Program-made: the position numbers and the translations under genes
Assembly: GCA_003193925.1 (NCBI GenBank)
Contig: PSPG01000001.1
Coordinates: 32,001-96,000 of the forward strand
Source of the DNA: Candidatus Thalassarchaeum betae
Lineage (GTDB): Archaea > Thermoplasmatota > Poseidoniia > Poseidoniales > Thalassarchaeaceae
Direction: 5' to 3'
Length of the DNA stretch: 64,000 nt
The notes under the pieces: model-generated
What the model was told of the DNA's origin: nothing
What the model saw: only the letters and a program-made list of their open reading frames with translations
Databases searched by the model: none
Shown here: in pieces, positions 30,474 to 39,397 of the stretch
Layout of the letters: the number at the start of each line of letters is the position of its first letter
Numbering within the stretch: the first letter of the stretch is position 1

Positions 30474-31823
30474 ATGGATTTCACTTCTCTCAACCTCTGT
30501 CAGCCCCTGCTGGATGCCCTTGACGAGATTGGTTACGTCTCGCCGACGCCGATTCAAGCCCAGGCCATCCCCTACCTCATTGAAGGCCGCGACATAATCG
30601 GTTGCGCCCAGACGGGCACAGGGAAGACCGCCGCATTCGCCCTACCAATCCTCGATGCGATGGCCAAAGATCCGTGGGTGGGCTCACGCCGCATCCGCGC
30701 TCTGATGCTGTGCCCAACACGCGAGCTTGCAACCCAGATTCACGACAATATCGAGCAATATGCTCGACACCTCGACATCCGTTCGATGGCTATGTTTGGC
30801 GGAGTATCGCAGCGCCCTCAGGAGAATATTCTGCGCCGCGGCGTTGACATCTTGGTCGCCACCCCCGGTCGCTTGCTTGACCTCATCTCACAGGGATACG
30901 TTGACCTGTCCTACGTGCAGTTCCTCGTTCTCGATGAGGCGGATCGCATGCTCGACATGGGTTTCATCCGAGACATCCGTAAAATTCTAGCACAAATTCC
31001 AAAGAACCGCCAGAGTCTGCTATTCAGTGCCACCATACCGCGCTCGATTGTCGATTTGTCCCGTGATATGCTCTATGATCCGGTAAGCGTCTCCATCACA
31101 CCCGAATCAGCCACCGTAGAGGCCATCGAACAATCTCTTATGTTCGTCATGAGGAGCGACAAGCGTGGCCTCTTGACTTACATTATCGAGGAGAAGCGAC
31201 CCGATAAGGTGCTTGTGTTCAGCCGCACCAAGCACGGTTGCAATCGCATCGTCAGACAACTTGGACAAGACGGTATCGAAGCCCTCCCAATCCACGGCAA
31301 CAAGAGTCAGGGCGCGCGTGAGAATGCCCTCCGCCGATTCCGCAATGGTACCCTCCAGGTACTAGTCGCCACCGACGTGGCGAGCCGCGGCATCGATGTC
31401 TCCGACATCAGTCACGTCATCAATCTGGATCTGCCTAACGAGCCCGAGGTCTATGTGCACCGCATCGGACGTACGGGACGTGCAGGCCAAGCGGGCATCA
31501 CCATTGCTTTCTGTGATGAGAACGAAGGCGAGTATCTGCGCGAAATCGAGAAGATGATTCGTCAGGACATCCCAGTCGATGAGGATCACCCTTTCCACTC
31601 CGAGAAGGCTCGGTCGCGCAAGGGCAACAAGGCGCCCAAGAAGCAGCAGAATCGGGGCCGCGGCCGTCACCAGCCTCGCAATGGCAAATCCGACGGCAAG
31701 CGCTCGAATGGCAAATCAAATCACCAGTCCAACGGTGGACGCAATGGCCGGCGTTCAGGCCGCGGCCGAAGCCGCAAGCAACGCAAGCAACGCAAGCAAC
31801 GCAAGCACCGGACCCGTTACTGA
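30474..31823 (+). CDS. rhlE: DEAD-box RNA helicase, RhlE-like
   Basis: Q motif, AQTGTGKT, PTRELA, TPGRL, DEAD, SAT, HRIGRTGR; Arg/Gly/Asn-rich tail. Confidence 0.9.
   Translation: MDFTSLNLCQPLLDALDEIGYVSPTPIQAQAIPYLIEGRDIIGCAQTGTGKTAAFALPILDAMAKDPWVGSRRIRALMLCPTRELATQIHDNIEQYARHLDIRSMAMFGGVSQRPQENILRRGVDILVATPGRLLDLISQGYVDLSYVQFLVLDEADRMLDMGFIRDIRKILAQIPKNRQSLLFSATIPRSIVDLSRDMLYDPVSVSITPESATVEAIEQSLMFVMRSDKRGLLTYIIEEKRPDKVLVFSRTKHGCNRIVRQLGQDGIEALPIHGNKSQGARENALRRFRNGTLQVLVATDVASRGIDVSDISHVINLDLPNEPEVYVHRIGRTGRAGQAGITIAFCDENEGEYLREIEKMIRQDIPVDEDHPFHSEKARSRKGNKAPKKQQNRGRGRHQPRNGKSDGKRSNGKSNHQSNGGRNGRRSGRGRSRKQRKQRKQRKHRTRY
31773..31807 (+). repeat. In-frame 9-bp tandem repeat (cgcaagcaa) x ~3.9 encoding RKQ repeats
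   Basis: cgcaagcaa cgcaagcaa cgcaagcaa cgcaagca at the helicase 3' end. Confidence 0.9.
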
Positions 31824-32155
31824 GTTAGCACGTACGCAGCTACTACTACGACAGCAGCAATTACGGCGTACTTGATCATGTCCGCACTGCCCTCGCCCGA
31901 GCCTGAGCTCACACGGAGAACACTGTCATTGGGTCGGACCCTCTCAGGGACCTTGATTCCGATATCATCTCCGGCTCCGGCCGAAGTAACTTGTTCCCTT
32001 TCTATCTCTATCGAATCTACCACAATCTCGAAGTCCGTGGTCGCTCCGACGAACCTGATCCTATCCCCAACGGAGAGGTCTGCGGTAAGCTCCAGCGCGG
32101 CGACCCCGACCTTTCGGAAATAACGGTCGACCCGGCCTACTTCTTCGTCTGACAC
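31817..32155 (-). CDS. EF-Tu domain II-like beta-barrel protein with a C-terminal TM helix
   Basis: VGRVDRYFRKVGVA...LSVGDRI...G.TTDF...SIEIE...AGAGDDIGIKV..RVR.ND; hydrophobic C-terminus. Confidence 0.72.
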   Translation of the reverse strand: MSDEEVGRVDRYFRKVGVAALELTADLSVGDRIRFVGATTDFEIVVDSIEIEREQVTSAGAGDDIGIKVPERVRPNDSVLRVSSGSGEGSADMIKYAVIAAVVVVAAYVLTQ

Positions 32156-32300
32156 ATTTTCACCTCGTCGACCGAGCAGGGCAATTGGTCATCAAGTTAC
32201 GGATTCACGGAAATTGGGTATTATTGAGGGAATCTCCCCGGTGATAATCGCACTCTCTGACTCTCGCAATAGCGTTCAAACACTGTTTCTCTCTCTCCTT

Positions 32301-32314
32301 GAAGTTTAATTATA
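32301..32314 (+). promoter_or_regulatory. Putative BRE/TATA promoter of the fatty-acid operon (probably leaderless transcript)
   Basis: gaag-tttaattata lies 19-32 nt upstream of the thiolase ATG. Confidence 0.6.
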
Positions 32315-32332
32315 GCACTGATTAGGCGGGCT

Positions 32333-33457
32333 ATGCCCGCCGTAATCGTCGGATACGCGCGTTCACCCTTCACACCCGCTAGAAGGGGCGCCCTCGCTCG
32401 AACGAGGCCCGATGACATCGCAGCAGCAGTCGTGAACCAACTCATCTCGGATGTCGGGGTCGATCCCTCTCTGGTCGAGGACCTCATCGTCGGGTGCGCC
32501 TTCCCAGAGGGCGAGCAAGGATACAACCTGGCTCGGGTCATCACCTTCCTTACCGACCTGCCTGAGACTGTGCCCGGAGTGACAATCAATCGTTTCTGCG
32601 GCTCGTCGATGCAGTCGATTCACGATGCCGCAGCCCGCATCGCCGCAGGTCAGGGTCACGCCTTCATCGCTGGGGGTGTCGAGTCTATGTCGCGAATCCC
32701 GATGACCGGGTTCAATCCGCTTCCCAACCCCACGCTAGACGAGGAGGCAATGACGTCGATGGGCACCACTGCCGAGAATCTCTCCAACATGCACGGCATC
32801 GACCGCGAGGCCCAAGAGGCATTCGCTGTTGAGAGCCAGGCGAGAGCCGCCGCCGCTCGTGAGTCCGGTGCGTTTGCTGACGAGATCGTCCCAATCGAGA
32901 CCAGTGATGGGATTGTGGACACCGATGGCTGCATCCGAGCTGGGACCGACGCAGAGACGCTAGCAGGACTTCGCCCTGCGTTCGATGCCAATGGGACGGT
33001 CACCGCCGGAACCTCGTCTCCGCTGACTGACGGGGCTGCATTCGTCTTCGTCTGCTCCGAGGAGTTCGCAGCAGAGCACGGGCTCGCCCCTATGGCCCGA
33101 ATCAAGAGCGCCGCCGTCTCCGGATGCGCGCCCGAGATCATGGGCATCGGACCCGTGCAGGCGACGAGGAAAGCCCTAGAGCGGGCCGGTCTGACTCTGG
33201 ACGACATCGACCTCATCGAACTCAACGAGGCCTTCGCCGCGCAGTCGCTGGCGGTGATAGGAGAGCTTGGCCTGGACAGGGACAAGGTCAACATCGAGGG
33301 CGGCGCCATCGCACTCGGCCATCCCCTAGGCGCCAGCGGAGCGAGGATTACCGGCAAGGCGGCTCAACTGATGCAGAAGAACGGGGCCGAGCTCGCTCTG
33401 GCCACTCTGTGCGTGGGAGGCGGGATGGGCATGGCCACCGTGCTCGAGAGGGTCTAG
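32333..33457 (+). CDS. fadA: 3-ketoacyl-CoA thiolase (acetyl-CoA C-acyltransferase)
   Basis: NRFCGSS (catalytic Cys), GGVESMS, NEAFA, GHPLGASG, CVGGGMG. Confidence 0.95.
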   Translation: MPAVIVGYARSPFTPARRGALARTRPDDIAAAVVNQLISDVGVDPSLVEDLIVGCAFPEGEQGYNLARVITFLTDLPETVPGVTINRFCGSSMQSIHDAAARIAAGQGHAFIAGGVESMSRIPMTGFNPLPNPTLDEEAMTSMGTTAENLSNMHGIDREAQEAFAVESQARAAAARESGAFADEIVPIETSDGIVDTDGCIRAGTDAETLAGLRPAFDANGTVTAGTSSPLTDGAAFVFVCSEEFAAEHGLAPMARIKSAAVSGCAPEIMGIGPVQATRKALERAGLTLDDIDLIELNEAFAAQSLAVIGELGLDRDKVNIEGGAIALGHPLGASGARITGKAAQLMQKNGAELALATLCVGGGMGMATVLERV

Positions 33458-33465
33458 GTGGTAAC

Positions 33466-35805
33466 TTGTCGAGCCCCATACAGCGAGTCGCCGTCATCGG
33501 CAGCGGCGTGATGGGTGCCGGGATAGCCGCCCATTGTGCCAACGCCGGCTGCGACGTACTTCTCCTCGACATCGTCCCGGACGGCGCAGAGGACCGCAGT
33601 GTAATCGCCAAGGGCGCGATTCAGCAGATGCTCAAGTCGAACCCCGAGATGCTGATGCACAAGCGAAACGTCAAGCGCATCAGCGCCGGGAATATCGAAG
33701 ACGACCTGTCAAGGTTGGGTGATTTCGACTGGGTGGTCGAGGTGATTATCGAGAACCTCGACATCAAGCGCAGCCTCTACGCTAACCTCGCAGAGCATAT
33801 CGGACCAGATACGATCGTATCGTCCAACACATCCACTCTGCCAAGGTCAGAATTGGTCGAAGGAATGCCAAAAGAGATGGCCTCTCGCTTCCTCATCACT
33901 CACTTCTTCAATCCCCCTCGATACCTGCCCCTGCTCGAGGTCGTCACAGCCGCTGAGGTAGACGAGTCAGCGACCGAGCGATTCAGCTCGTTCGCCGACG
34001 AGCGACTCGGCAAGAGAGTGATAATGTGCAACGACGAACCTGGCTTCATTGCCAACAGGCTCGGCGTCTATTTCATCCAAAGGGCGTTCAAGGCGACGAT
34101 CGACCACGGCTTCACCGTCGAGCAGGCAGACGCCATGCTGGGGCGGCCCATCGGGGTCCCCAAGACCGCGGTGTTCGGTCTGATCGACTTGGTCGGCGTA
34201 GACCTGTCCGGCCACGTGATAGAGAGCCTGCTCTCGCACCTCCCCCCGGATGACCCGTTCCACGACATCGTGGGTACTGGGGAAGACATCATTCAGGCAA
34301 TGATCGCGGACGGATACACCGGCCGCAAGGGCAAGGGCGGCTTCTACCGTCTCAACAAGGAGGGCGGCAAGCGCGTCAAGGAGGCTCGAAGCCTAACCAC
34401 AGGCGAGTACTCCCCGGCCGACCGCAAGGCCACGTTTCCCTCTGCCAAGATGGGCAAGCAGGGACTGGGCCCGCTGATGGACTACCCCGATGAGGGAGCC
34501 GCTTTCGTAACCGAAATCCTGCTCGACACGCTGTCCTACGCGGCGCACCTCGTGCCCGATGTCAGCGACGACGTCTATTCGATAGACAGCGCGATGAAGG
34601 TTGGCTACAACTGGAAGCGAGGCCCCTTCGAGATGATAGATTCGATTGGTGCTAGCAACTTTGTCGAGAGACTCAAGACAAGCGGACGCAGCGTGCCCGG
34701 CTTCCTCAAGACTGCCGCAGGCAATGGAGGCTTCTACTCGGTCGCGGACGGGGAGATCCAGCGACTCACCCCCGACGGCTCCATGGTCGCCGTCGAAAGG
34801 CCCGAATCCACTCTCACCGTGGCCGACCTCAAGCGCCGGGGCAAGGCGCTCAAGCGCAATGGCTCGGCAAGCATCTGGGACATGGGCGACGGAATCATGC
34901 TCGTCGAGTATCACTCAAAGATGAACGCAATGGACCCGATGAACATGGAGATGCTCGTCAACGCAGTCGACCTCGCTGAGTCCGAAGGCTGGGAAGGGAT
35001 AGTCATCGGCAACGACGCGCCCAACTTCTGCGCCGGAGCGAATCTCGGCTTGGTTCTATTCGCGGTTAATCTCGCGGCATGGAAGGACGTCGAGGACTTC
35101 ATCGCCGCCGGACAGGACACCTATCAGGCTCTCAAGTACTGCGAGGTCCCCGTGGTCGCAGCTTCAGCTGGACTGTGCTTAGGCGGTGGTGCCGAGGTGC
35201 TCATGCATTGCGATGCTGTTGTTGCCCATGGCGAATCTTACGTCGGACTCGTCGAGGTCGGGGTCGGCATCGTCCCGGCCTGGGGCGGCTGCAAGGAGCT
35301 GATGGGTCGCCTGCGCGATTTCGGCCTCGTCGAGGAGGGGCCCATGCCACCTGTGATGAAGGCGTTTGAGTATATCGGCACAGCTCAGGTCGCGAAGTCA
35401 GCAGAACAAGCGCGTGACATGGGTTTCATCGCACCTGACGACCGCATCACGATGAATCGCGACCGCCTGCTCGCAGACGCCAAGGCCCGCGCGCTCGAAC
35501 TCTCTGAGGATTACAAGCCTCCCGAGCCGCGAACCTACATTTTGCCCGGGCCATCGGGGAAGGCAGCACTAGATCTCGCGGTCAGAGATTTGGCTCTGTC
35601 TGGCCAGGCCACCGCTCACGATGTGGTAGTGACTGGCGAACTCGCTTGGGTTCTCTCAGGGGGCGAAACCGACTTGATCGAGTCTGTTGACGAAGACTAC
35701 ATCCTCGCCATGGAGAGGGAAGCGATAGGCAGACTCGGCCGGCTCGAGGCCTCGCTTGATCGCATGGAGCACATGCTAGAGACCGGCAAGCCATTGAGGA
35801 ACTGA
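33466..35805 (+). CDS. 3-hydroxyacyl-CoA dehydrogenase / enoyl-CoA hydratase, FadN-type order (HAD then ECH)
   Basis: VIGSGVMGAGIA, SSNTS, HFFNPPRY, PGFIANR; C-terminal FCAGANL, GGGAE, GLVEVGVG; TTG start after ggtggt RBS. Confidence 0.94.
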   Translation: MSSPIQRVAVIGSGVMGAGIAAHCANAGCDVLLLDIVPDGAEDRSVIAKGAIQQMLKSNPEMLMHKRNVKRISAGNIEDDLSRLGDFDWVVEVIIENLDIKRSLYANLAEHIGPDTIVSSNTSTLPRSELVEGMPKEMASRFLITHFFNPPRYLPLLEVVTAAEVDESATERFSSFADERLGKRVIMCNDEPGFIANRLGVYFIQRAFKATIDHGFTVEQADAMLGRPIGVPKTAVFGLIDLVGVDLSGHVIESLLSHLPPDDPFHDIVGTGEDIIQAMIADGYTGRKGKGGFYRLNKEGGKRVKEARSLTTGEYSPADRKATFPSAKMGKQGLGPLMDYPDEGAAFVTEILLDTLSYAAHLVPDVSDDVYSIDSAMKVGYNWKRGPFEMIDSIGASNFVERLKTSGRSVPGFLKTAAGNGGFYSVADGEIQRLTPDGSMVAVERPESTLTVADLKRRGKALKRNGSASIWDMGDGIMLVEYHSKMNAMDPMNMEMLVNAVDLAESEGWEGIVIGNDAPNFCAGANLGLVLFAVNLAAWKDVEDFIAAGQDTYQALKYCEVPVVAASAGLCLGGGAEVLMHCDAVVAHGESYVGLVEVGVGIVPAWGGCKELMGRLRDFGLVEEGPMPPVMKAFEYIGTAQVAKSAEQARDMGFIAPDDRITMNRDRLLADAKARALELSEDYKPPEPRTYILPGPSGKAALDLAVRDLALSGQATAHDVVVTGELAWVLSGGETDLIESVDEDYILAMEREAIGRLGRLEASLDRMEHMLETGKPLRN

Positions 35806-35814
35806 GGTGATTGA

Positions 35815-37620
35815 ATGGTAGTGTGGGATGCCCCGATACGCGATTACGAGTTCCTCTTCAACGAGGTGTTCGACTCCATCGAGACCGTGCAGCGCCTCGG
35901 CTACGACGACTTCGACGCAGACTACCTGAGCATGCTCATGGAGGGCTGGGCCGAGCACGCCAAGGAGGTATGGCTGCCCATCAACGCCCTCGGTGACCAC
36001 CGTGGGCTGAAGTTCGAGGATGGCAGGATCACCATGCCCCAAGAGTTCCGTGACGCATACCGCAAGGGCATCGACGAGGGCTGGCTTTCGACCTCATGCA
36101 GGCCAGAGCACGGCGGTATGGGCCTGCCGATATTCTTCCAAGCGGTGACTTGGGCCGAGTTCGGAACCTCTACCTGCATGGCGCTCAGCGTCCTCCCGGC
36201 GCTGACCATAGGCGTTTACGAAGTCCTCGCGGCGAACGGCAGGCAGGACCTCATCGACTACTTCGCGACCAACCTCGCCTCGGGCGAGTGGGCCGGCACG
36301 ATGTGCCTGACCGAGCCGCACGCGGGCACCGATCTCGGCATCATCACCACCAAGGCTACTCCTCAGGACGACGGCACCTACCGCGTCTCTGGCACTAAGA
36401 TATTCATCACCTACGGTGAGCATGACATGGCGGAAAACATCGTACATCTCGTCCTCGCCAAGGCACCGGACGCCCCCGAGGGGTCAAGGGGCATCTCACT
36501 TTTCCTCGTCCCGAAGCATCTCCCGAAGGAGTGGGAGTCAGGCGGCATGGGGGGAATTTCCCACGATCTCTCTGGCGAGCTCAATGGAATCACCTGTTCC
36601 GGGAGCGAGGGGAAGATGGGGCTCCACGCTTCGCCTACCTGTGTCATGAACTTCGACGACAGCGTCGGCTGGCTCGTCGGCCCGCTGCACGGTGGTATGC
36701 CATTGATGTTCCAGATGATGAATCGCGAGAGGGTCGCTACTGGAATGATGGGTCTAGGACTCGCTGAGATAGCCTACCAGAACGCGCTCGCGTGGGCGCG
36801 CGAGCGCCGTCAGGGCCGCGACATCAAGGGCATCCGCGAGCCGAACGAACGCGCAGACAACATCCTCGTCCACCCCGATGTCCGCCGAATGCTGCTCGAG
36901 GCCAAGGTCAACAACGAGGGCTGCAGAGCTCTGGCATCTTGGACCGGTCTGCTGCTCGACCAGATGCACAGCGACGACCCCGAAGAGGCCGAGCGGGCCA
37001 CTGCCCTAGTCGCTCTTTTCACACCTATCGTCAAGGCGCACTTCACCGATTTGGGCTGCGAGACCACCAGTACGTGCATGCAGGTCATGGGCGGTGCTGG
37101 ATATATCACCGAGTTCGGCGTTGAGCAGTTCTACCGCGATGTGCGTATCTCGAAGATATGGGAGGGCACTAACGGAATCCAAGCACTCGATTTGGCCGGG
37201 CGCAAAATCACCCAGAACATGGGGAAGAACCTCCGTCACCTGATGTGGCCACTGACAGAGTTCATCGAGGAGAACCGCGAGATTCCCGAGATGTCTGAGT
37301 TCAACAAACCCCTCCATCAGGGAGTGCGAGGACTCCAGCAGATCACACTCCTGATGATTGCCGAGGGCATGGCAAACCCTCACTTCCTCGCAGCCGGCGC
37401 CACCGACTACTGCCGCTACTTCGGCAACATCCTGCTCGGCTACATGTGGGCGAGGATGGCTAGGATCTCCCTCGAGAAGAAGGGCGAGCCGTTCTACGAC
37501 GCGAAACTGGCCAGCGCTCGCTTCTTCTTCACGCGGATATTCCCTGAGACCATCGGTCTCGCAGCCAAGATCCAGTCCGGTCCTAAGCCGCTCATGGACT
37601 ACCCAGCGGAGTTGTTCTGA
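35815..37620 (+). CDS. Acyl-CoA dehydrogenase (FadE5/MmgC-like)
   Basis: GTMCLTEPHAGTDLG, GTKIFIT, KMGLHASPTC, MNRER, IWEGTNGIQALDL; ggtga RBS. Confidence 0.95.
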   Translation: MVVWDAPIRDYEFLFNEVFDSIETVQRLGYDDFDADYLSMLMEGWAEHAKEVWLPINALGDHRGLKFEDGRITMPQEFRDAYRKGIDEGWLSTSCRPEHGGMGLPIFFQAVTWAEFGTSTCMALSVLPALTIGVYEVLAANGRQDLIDYFATNLASGEWAGTMCLTEPHAGTDLGIITTKATPQDDGTYRVSGTKIFITYGEHDMAENIVHLVLAKAPDAPEGSRGISLFLVPKHLPKEWESGGMGGISHDLSGELNGITCSGSEGKMGLHASPTCVMNFDDSVGWLVGPLHGGMPLMFQMMNRERVATGMMGLGLAEIAYQNALAWARERRQGRDIKGIREPNERADNILVHPDVRRMLLEAKVNNEGCRALASWTGLLLDQMHSDDPEEAERATALVALFTPIVKAHFTDLGCETTSTCMQVMGGAGYITEFGVEQFYRDVRISKIWEGTNGIQALDLAGRKITQNMGKNLRHLMWPLTEFIEENREIPEMSEFNKPLHQGVRGLQQITLLMIAEGMANPHFLAAGATDYCRYFGNILLGYMWARMARISLEKKGEPFYDAKLASARFFFTRIFPETIGLAAKIQSGPKPLMDYPAELF

Positions 37621-37889
37621 TGTCTGACGGCAAAGCGGGACGCAGCCTGAGGATGCGCTTCAAGCGCGCCACCAAACGCGTTTGGGAACTCCCGACCAGA
37701 CCGTCGAACAAGAAGTTACTCGAGATGTACGCGCTGTACAAGCAGGCGACTGAGGGAGACTGCGAGGGCAGGGCACGGGGGGGACTGAGGGACCGTGCCA
37801 AGTGGAAGGCTTGGAAGGGCGTTGCCGGAACTTCCGAGGCCGATGCCATGGAGCGATACTGCGAAATCGTCGACTCACTGATGGTGTAG
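37620..37889 (+). CDS. Acyl-CoA-binding protein (ACBP)
   Basis: LLEMYALYKQATEGD...AKWKAWK...AMERY signature, 89 aa; TGATG coupling to the upstream gene. Confidence 0.9.
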   Translation: MSDGKAGRSLRMRFKRATKRVWELPTRPSNKKLLEMYALYKQATEGDCEGRARGGLRDRAKWKAWKGVAGTSEADAMERYCEIVDSLMV

Positions 37890-37893
37890 TCCC

Positions 37894-38394
37894 ATGCCGA
37901 TAGACGAGACCAAACTGGTCGCTGAGTACCGAGTTCTTCTGGGTGCAGTCAAGTTCCGCCTTTTCTCGGCTCTCTCCATGCCCACTGCTAGGTTCGCAGG
38001 ACTTCGTATGAATCGCATCGACGATGAGGTCTGCGTGACCTCTATTCCCGGTGGATGGCGCTCCCAGAACCCGTTCAAGACGATGTACTGGGCCGTACAG
38101 GGCATGGGCGCAGAACTCGCAACAGGCGCAGCACCGTTCGCCATGTCGCGCGCCATGCCCGAAAAACTGCGCATGTTTGTAATCGACTGCAAGGGCACGT
38201 TCACCAAGCGCGCCAAGGGGCGCATCACCTTCACCTGCGACGGAGTCGCAGCCGCCCGCCAAGCCATCGAACAGAGCATGGCCACCGGCGAAGCGATTGA
38301 TTGCGAACTCAGATCGGTTGGGAAGGATGCATCGGGCGACATCGTCTCCGAATGGGTATTCAAGTGGAATTTCCGAGTGCTGGATGGCAGGTGA
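37894..38394 (+). CDS. DUF4442/PaaI-like hot-dog-fold thioesterase
   Basis: WRSQNPFKTMYWAVQGMGAELATG...FTKRAKGRITFTC. Confidence 0.78.
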   Translation: MPIDETKLVAEYRVLLGAVKFRLFSALSMPTARFAGLRMNRIDDEVCVTSIPGGWRSQNPFKTMYWAVQGMGAELATGAAPFAMSRAMPEKLRMFVIDCKGTFTKRAKGRITFTCDGVAAARQAIEQSMATGEAIDCELRSVGKDASGDIVSEWVFKWNFRVLDGR

Positions 38395-39397
38395 GTGGTT
38401 GGTAAGCACGAGGTTCACCGAGGACGCAGGGGTCGAGTACCCGATCATCTGTGGTGCGATGTACCCGTGCTCGAACCCGGAGTTAGTGGCCGCAGCAGCC
38501 GAGGGCGGCGGCCTCGCTATCATGCAACCAGTCTCCATGACCTACGTGCATGGTCATGACCTCAGGGAAGGCATCCGTTTCATGCGCACGCACACAGACA
38601 AGCCGATCGGCTTCAACGCCCTCATCGAGAAAGGCTCCAAGAAGTACTTCGAGAAGATGTCTGGCTGGATTGACATCGCCCTCGAGGAAGACATCCGTTT
38701 TTTCGTGACTTCTTTGGGCAAACCAGACTGGGTCTGCGACAAGGTCCACGCATTCGGAGGAGTGGTCTACCATGATGTCACCACCCGCAAATGGGCCGAG
38801 AAGGGCAAGGATTGCGGGGTCGATGGCCTGATTTGTGTTAACAACCGTGCCGGTGGGCACCTCGGCCCATCGACGCCGGAGGAGATGTACGAGGAGTTGT
38901 CCGACATGGGACTGCCTTTGATATGCGCCGGTGGAGTTGGTAGCGAGGCAGAACTCAACAGAGCGCTGGAGATCGGCTACGACGGCGTGCAGATGGGAAC
39001 GAGGTTCATCGCCACCACAGAGTGCAACACACCTGAGGACTACAAGGACGCCATCGTAGGTGCAGGAGAGGAGGACATCACTTGGACCAATAGGCTGACT
39101 GGAGTGCCGATTTCGGTAATCAAGTCGCCCGGCTTCAAGCAGGAGAACTCATGGCTGATGCGCAAACTCCTCAGTAGCAGATACAAGCACACGGCCCGAA
39201 TGATGCTGAACGCGAACTCGTTCATCCGCCTGAAGTACCTCTCGAGGAGCAAGAGCAAGAACACGGCGAAGAAGAAGAAGTTCTACTCCGCGGGCAAGAG
39301 CGTCGAGACGGTGCGTAGCATCGAGTCGGCCACCGTAATCATGCGCCGCCTAGGCGAGTCCCTGGACTCCAACCCGAAACTTGCGGAGGAGTGGTAG
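38384..39397 (+). CDS. Nitronate monooxygenase / FabK-like FMN-dependent TIM-barrel oxidoreductase
   Basis: YPIICGAM, ELVAAAAEGGGL, AGGH, PLICAGGVG, GVQMGTRFIATTE; alternative TTG start at 38399. Confidence 0.88.
   Translation: MAGEWLVSTRFTEDAGVEYPIICGAMYPCSNPELVAAAAEGGGLAIMQPVSMTYVHGHDLREGIRFMRTHTDKPIGFNALIEKGSKKYFEKMSGWIDIALEEDIRFFVTSLGKPDWVCDKVHAFGGVVYHDVTTRKWAEKGKDCGVDGLICVNNRAGGHLGPSTPEEMYEELSDMGLPLICAGGVGSEAELNRALEIGYDGVQMGTRFIATTECNTPEDYKDAIVGAGEEDITWTNRLTGVPISVIKSPGFKQENSWLMRKLLSSRYKHTARMMLNANSFIRLKYLSRSKSKNTAKKKKFYSAGKSVETVRSIESATVIMRRLGESLDSNPKLAEEW

Noticed and set aside
33124-33465. Extended N-terminus or thiolase-dehydrogenase frameshift fusion in the 893-aa ORF
   Set aside because: The extension is an off-frame read of the thiolase 3' end; a TTG start with an RBS at 33466 directly precedes the Rossmann motif, and no slippery site is evident.
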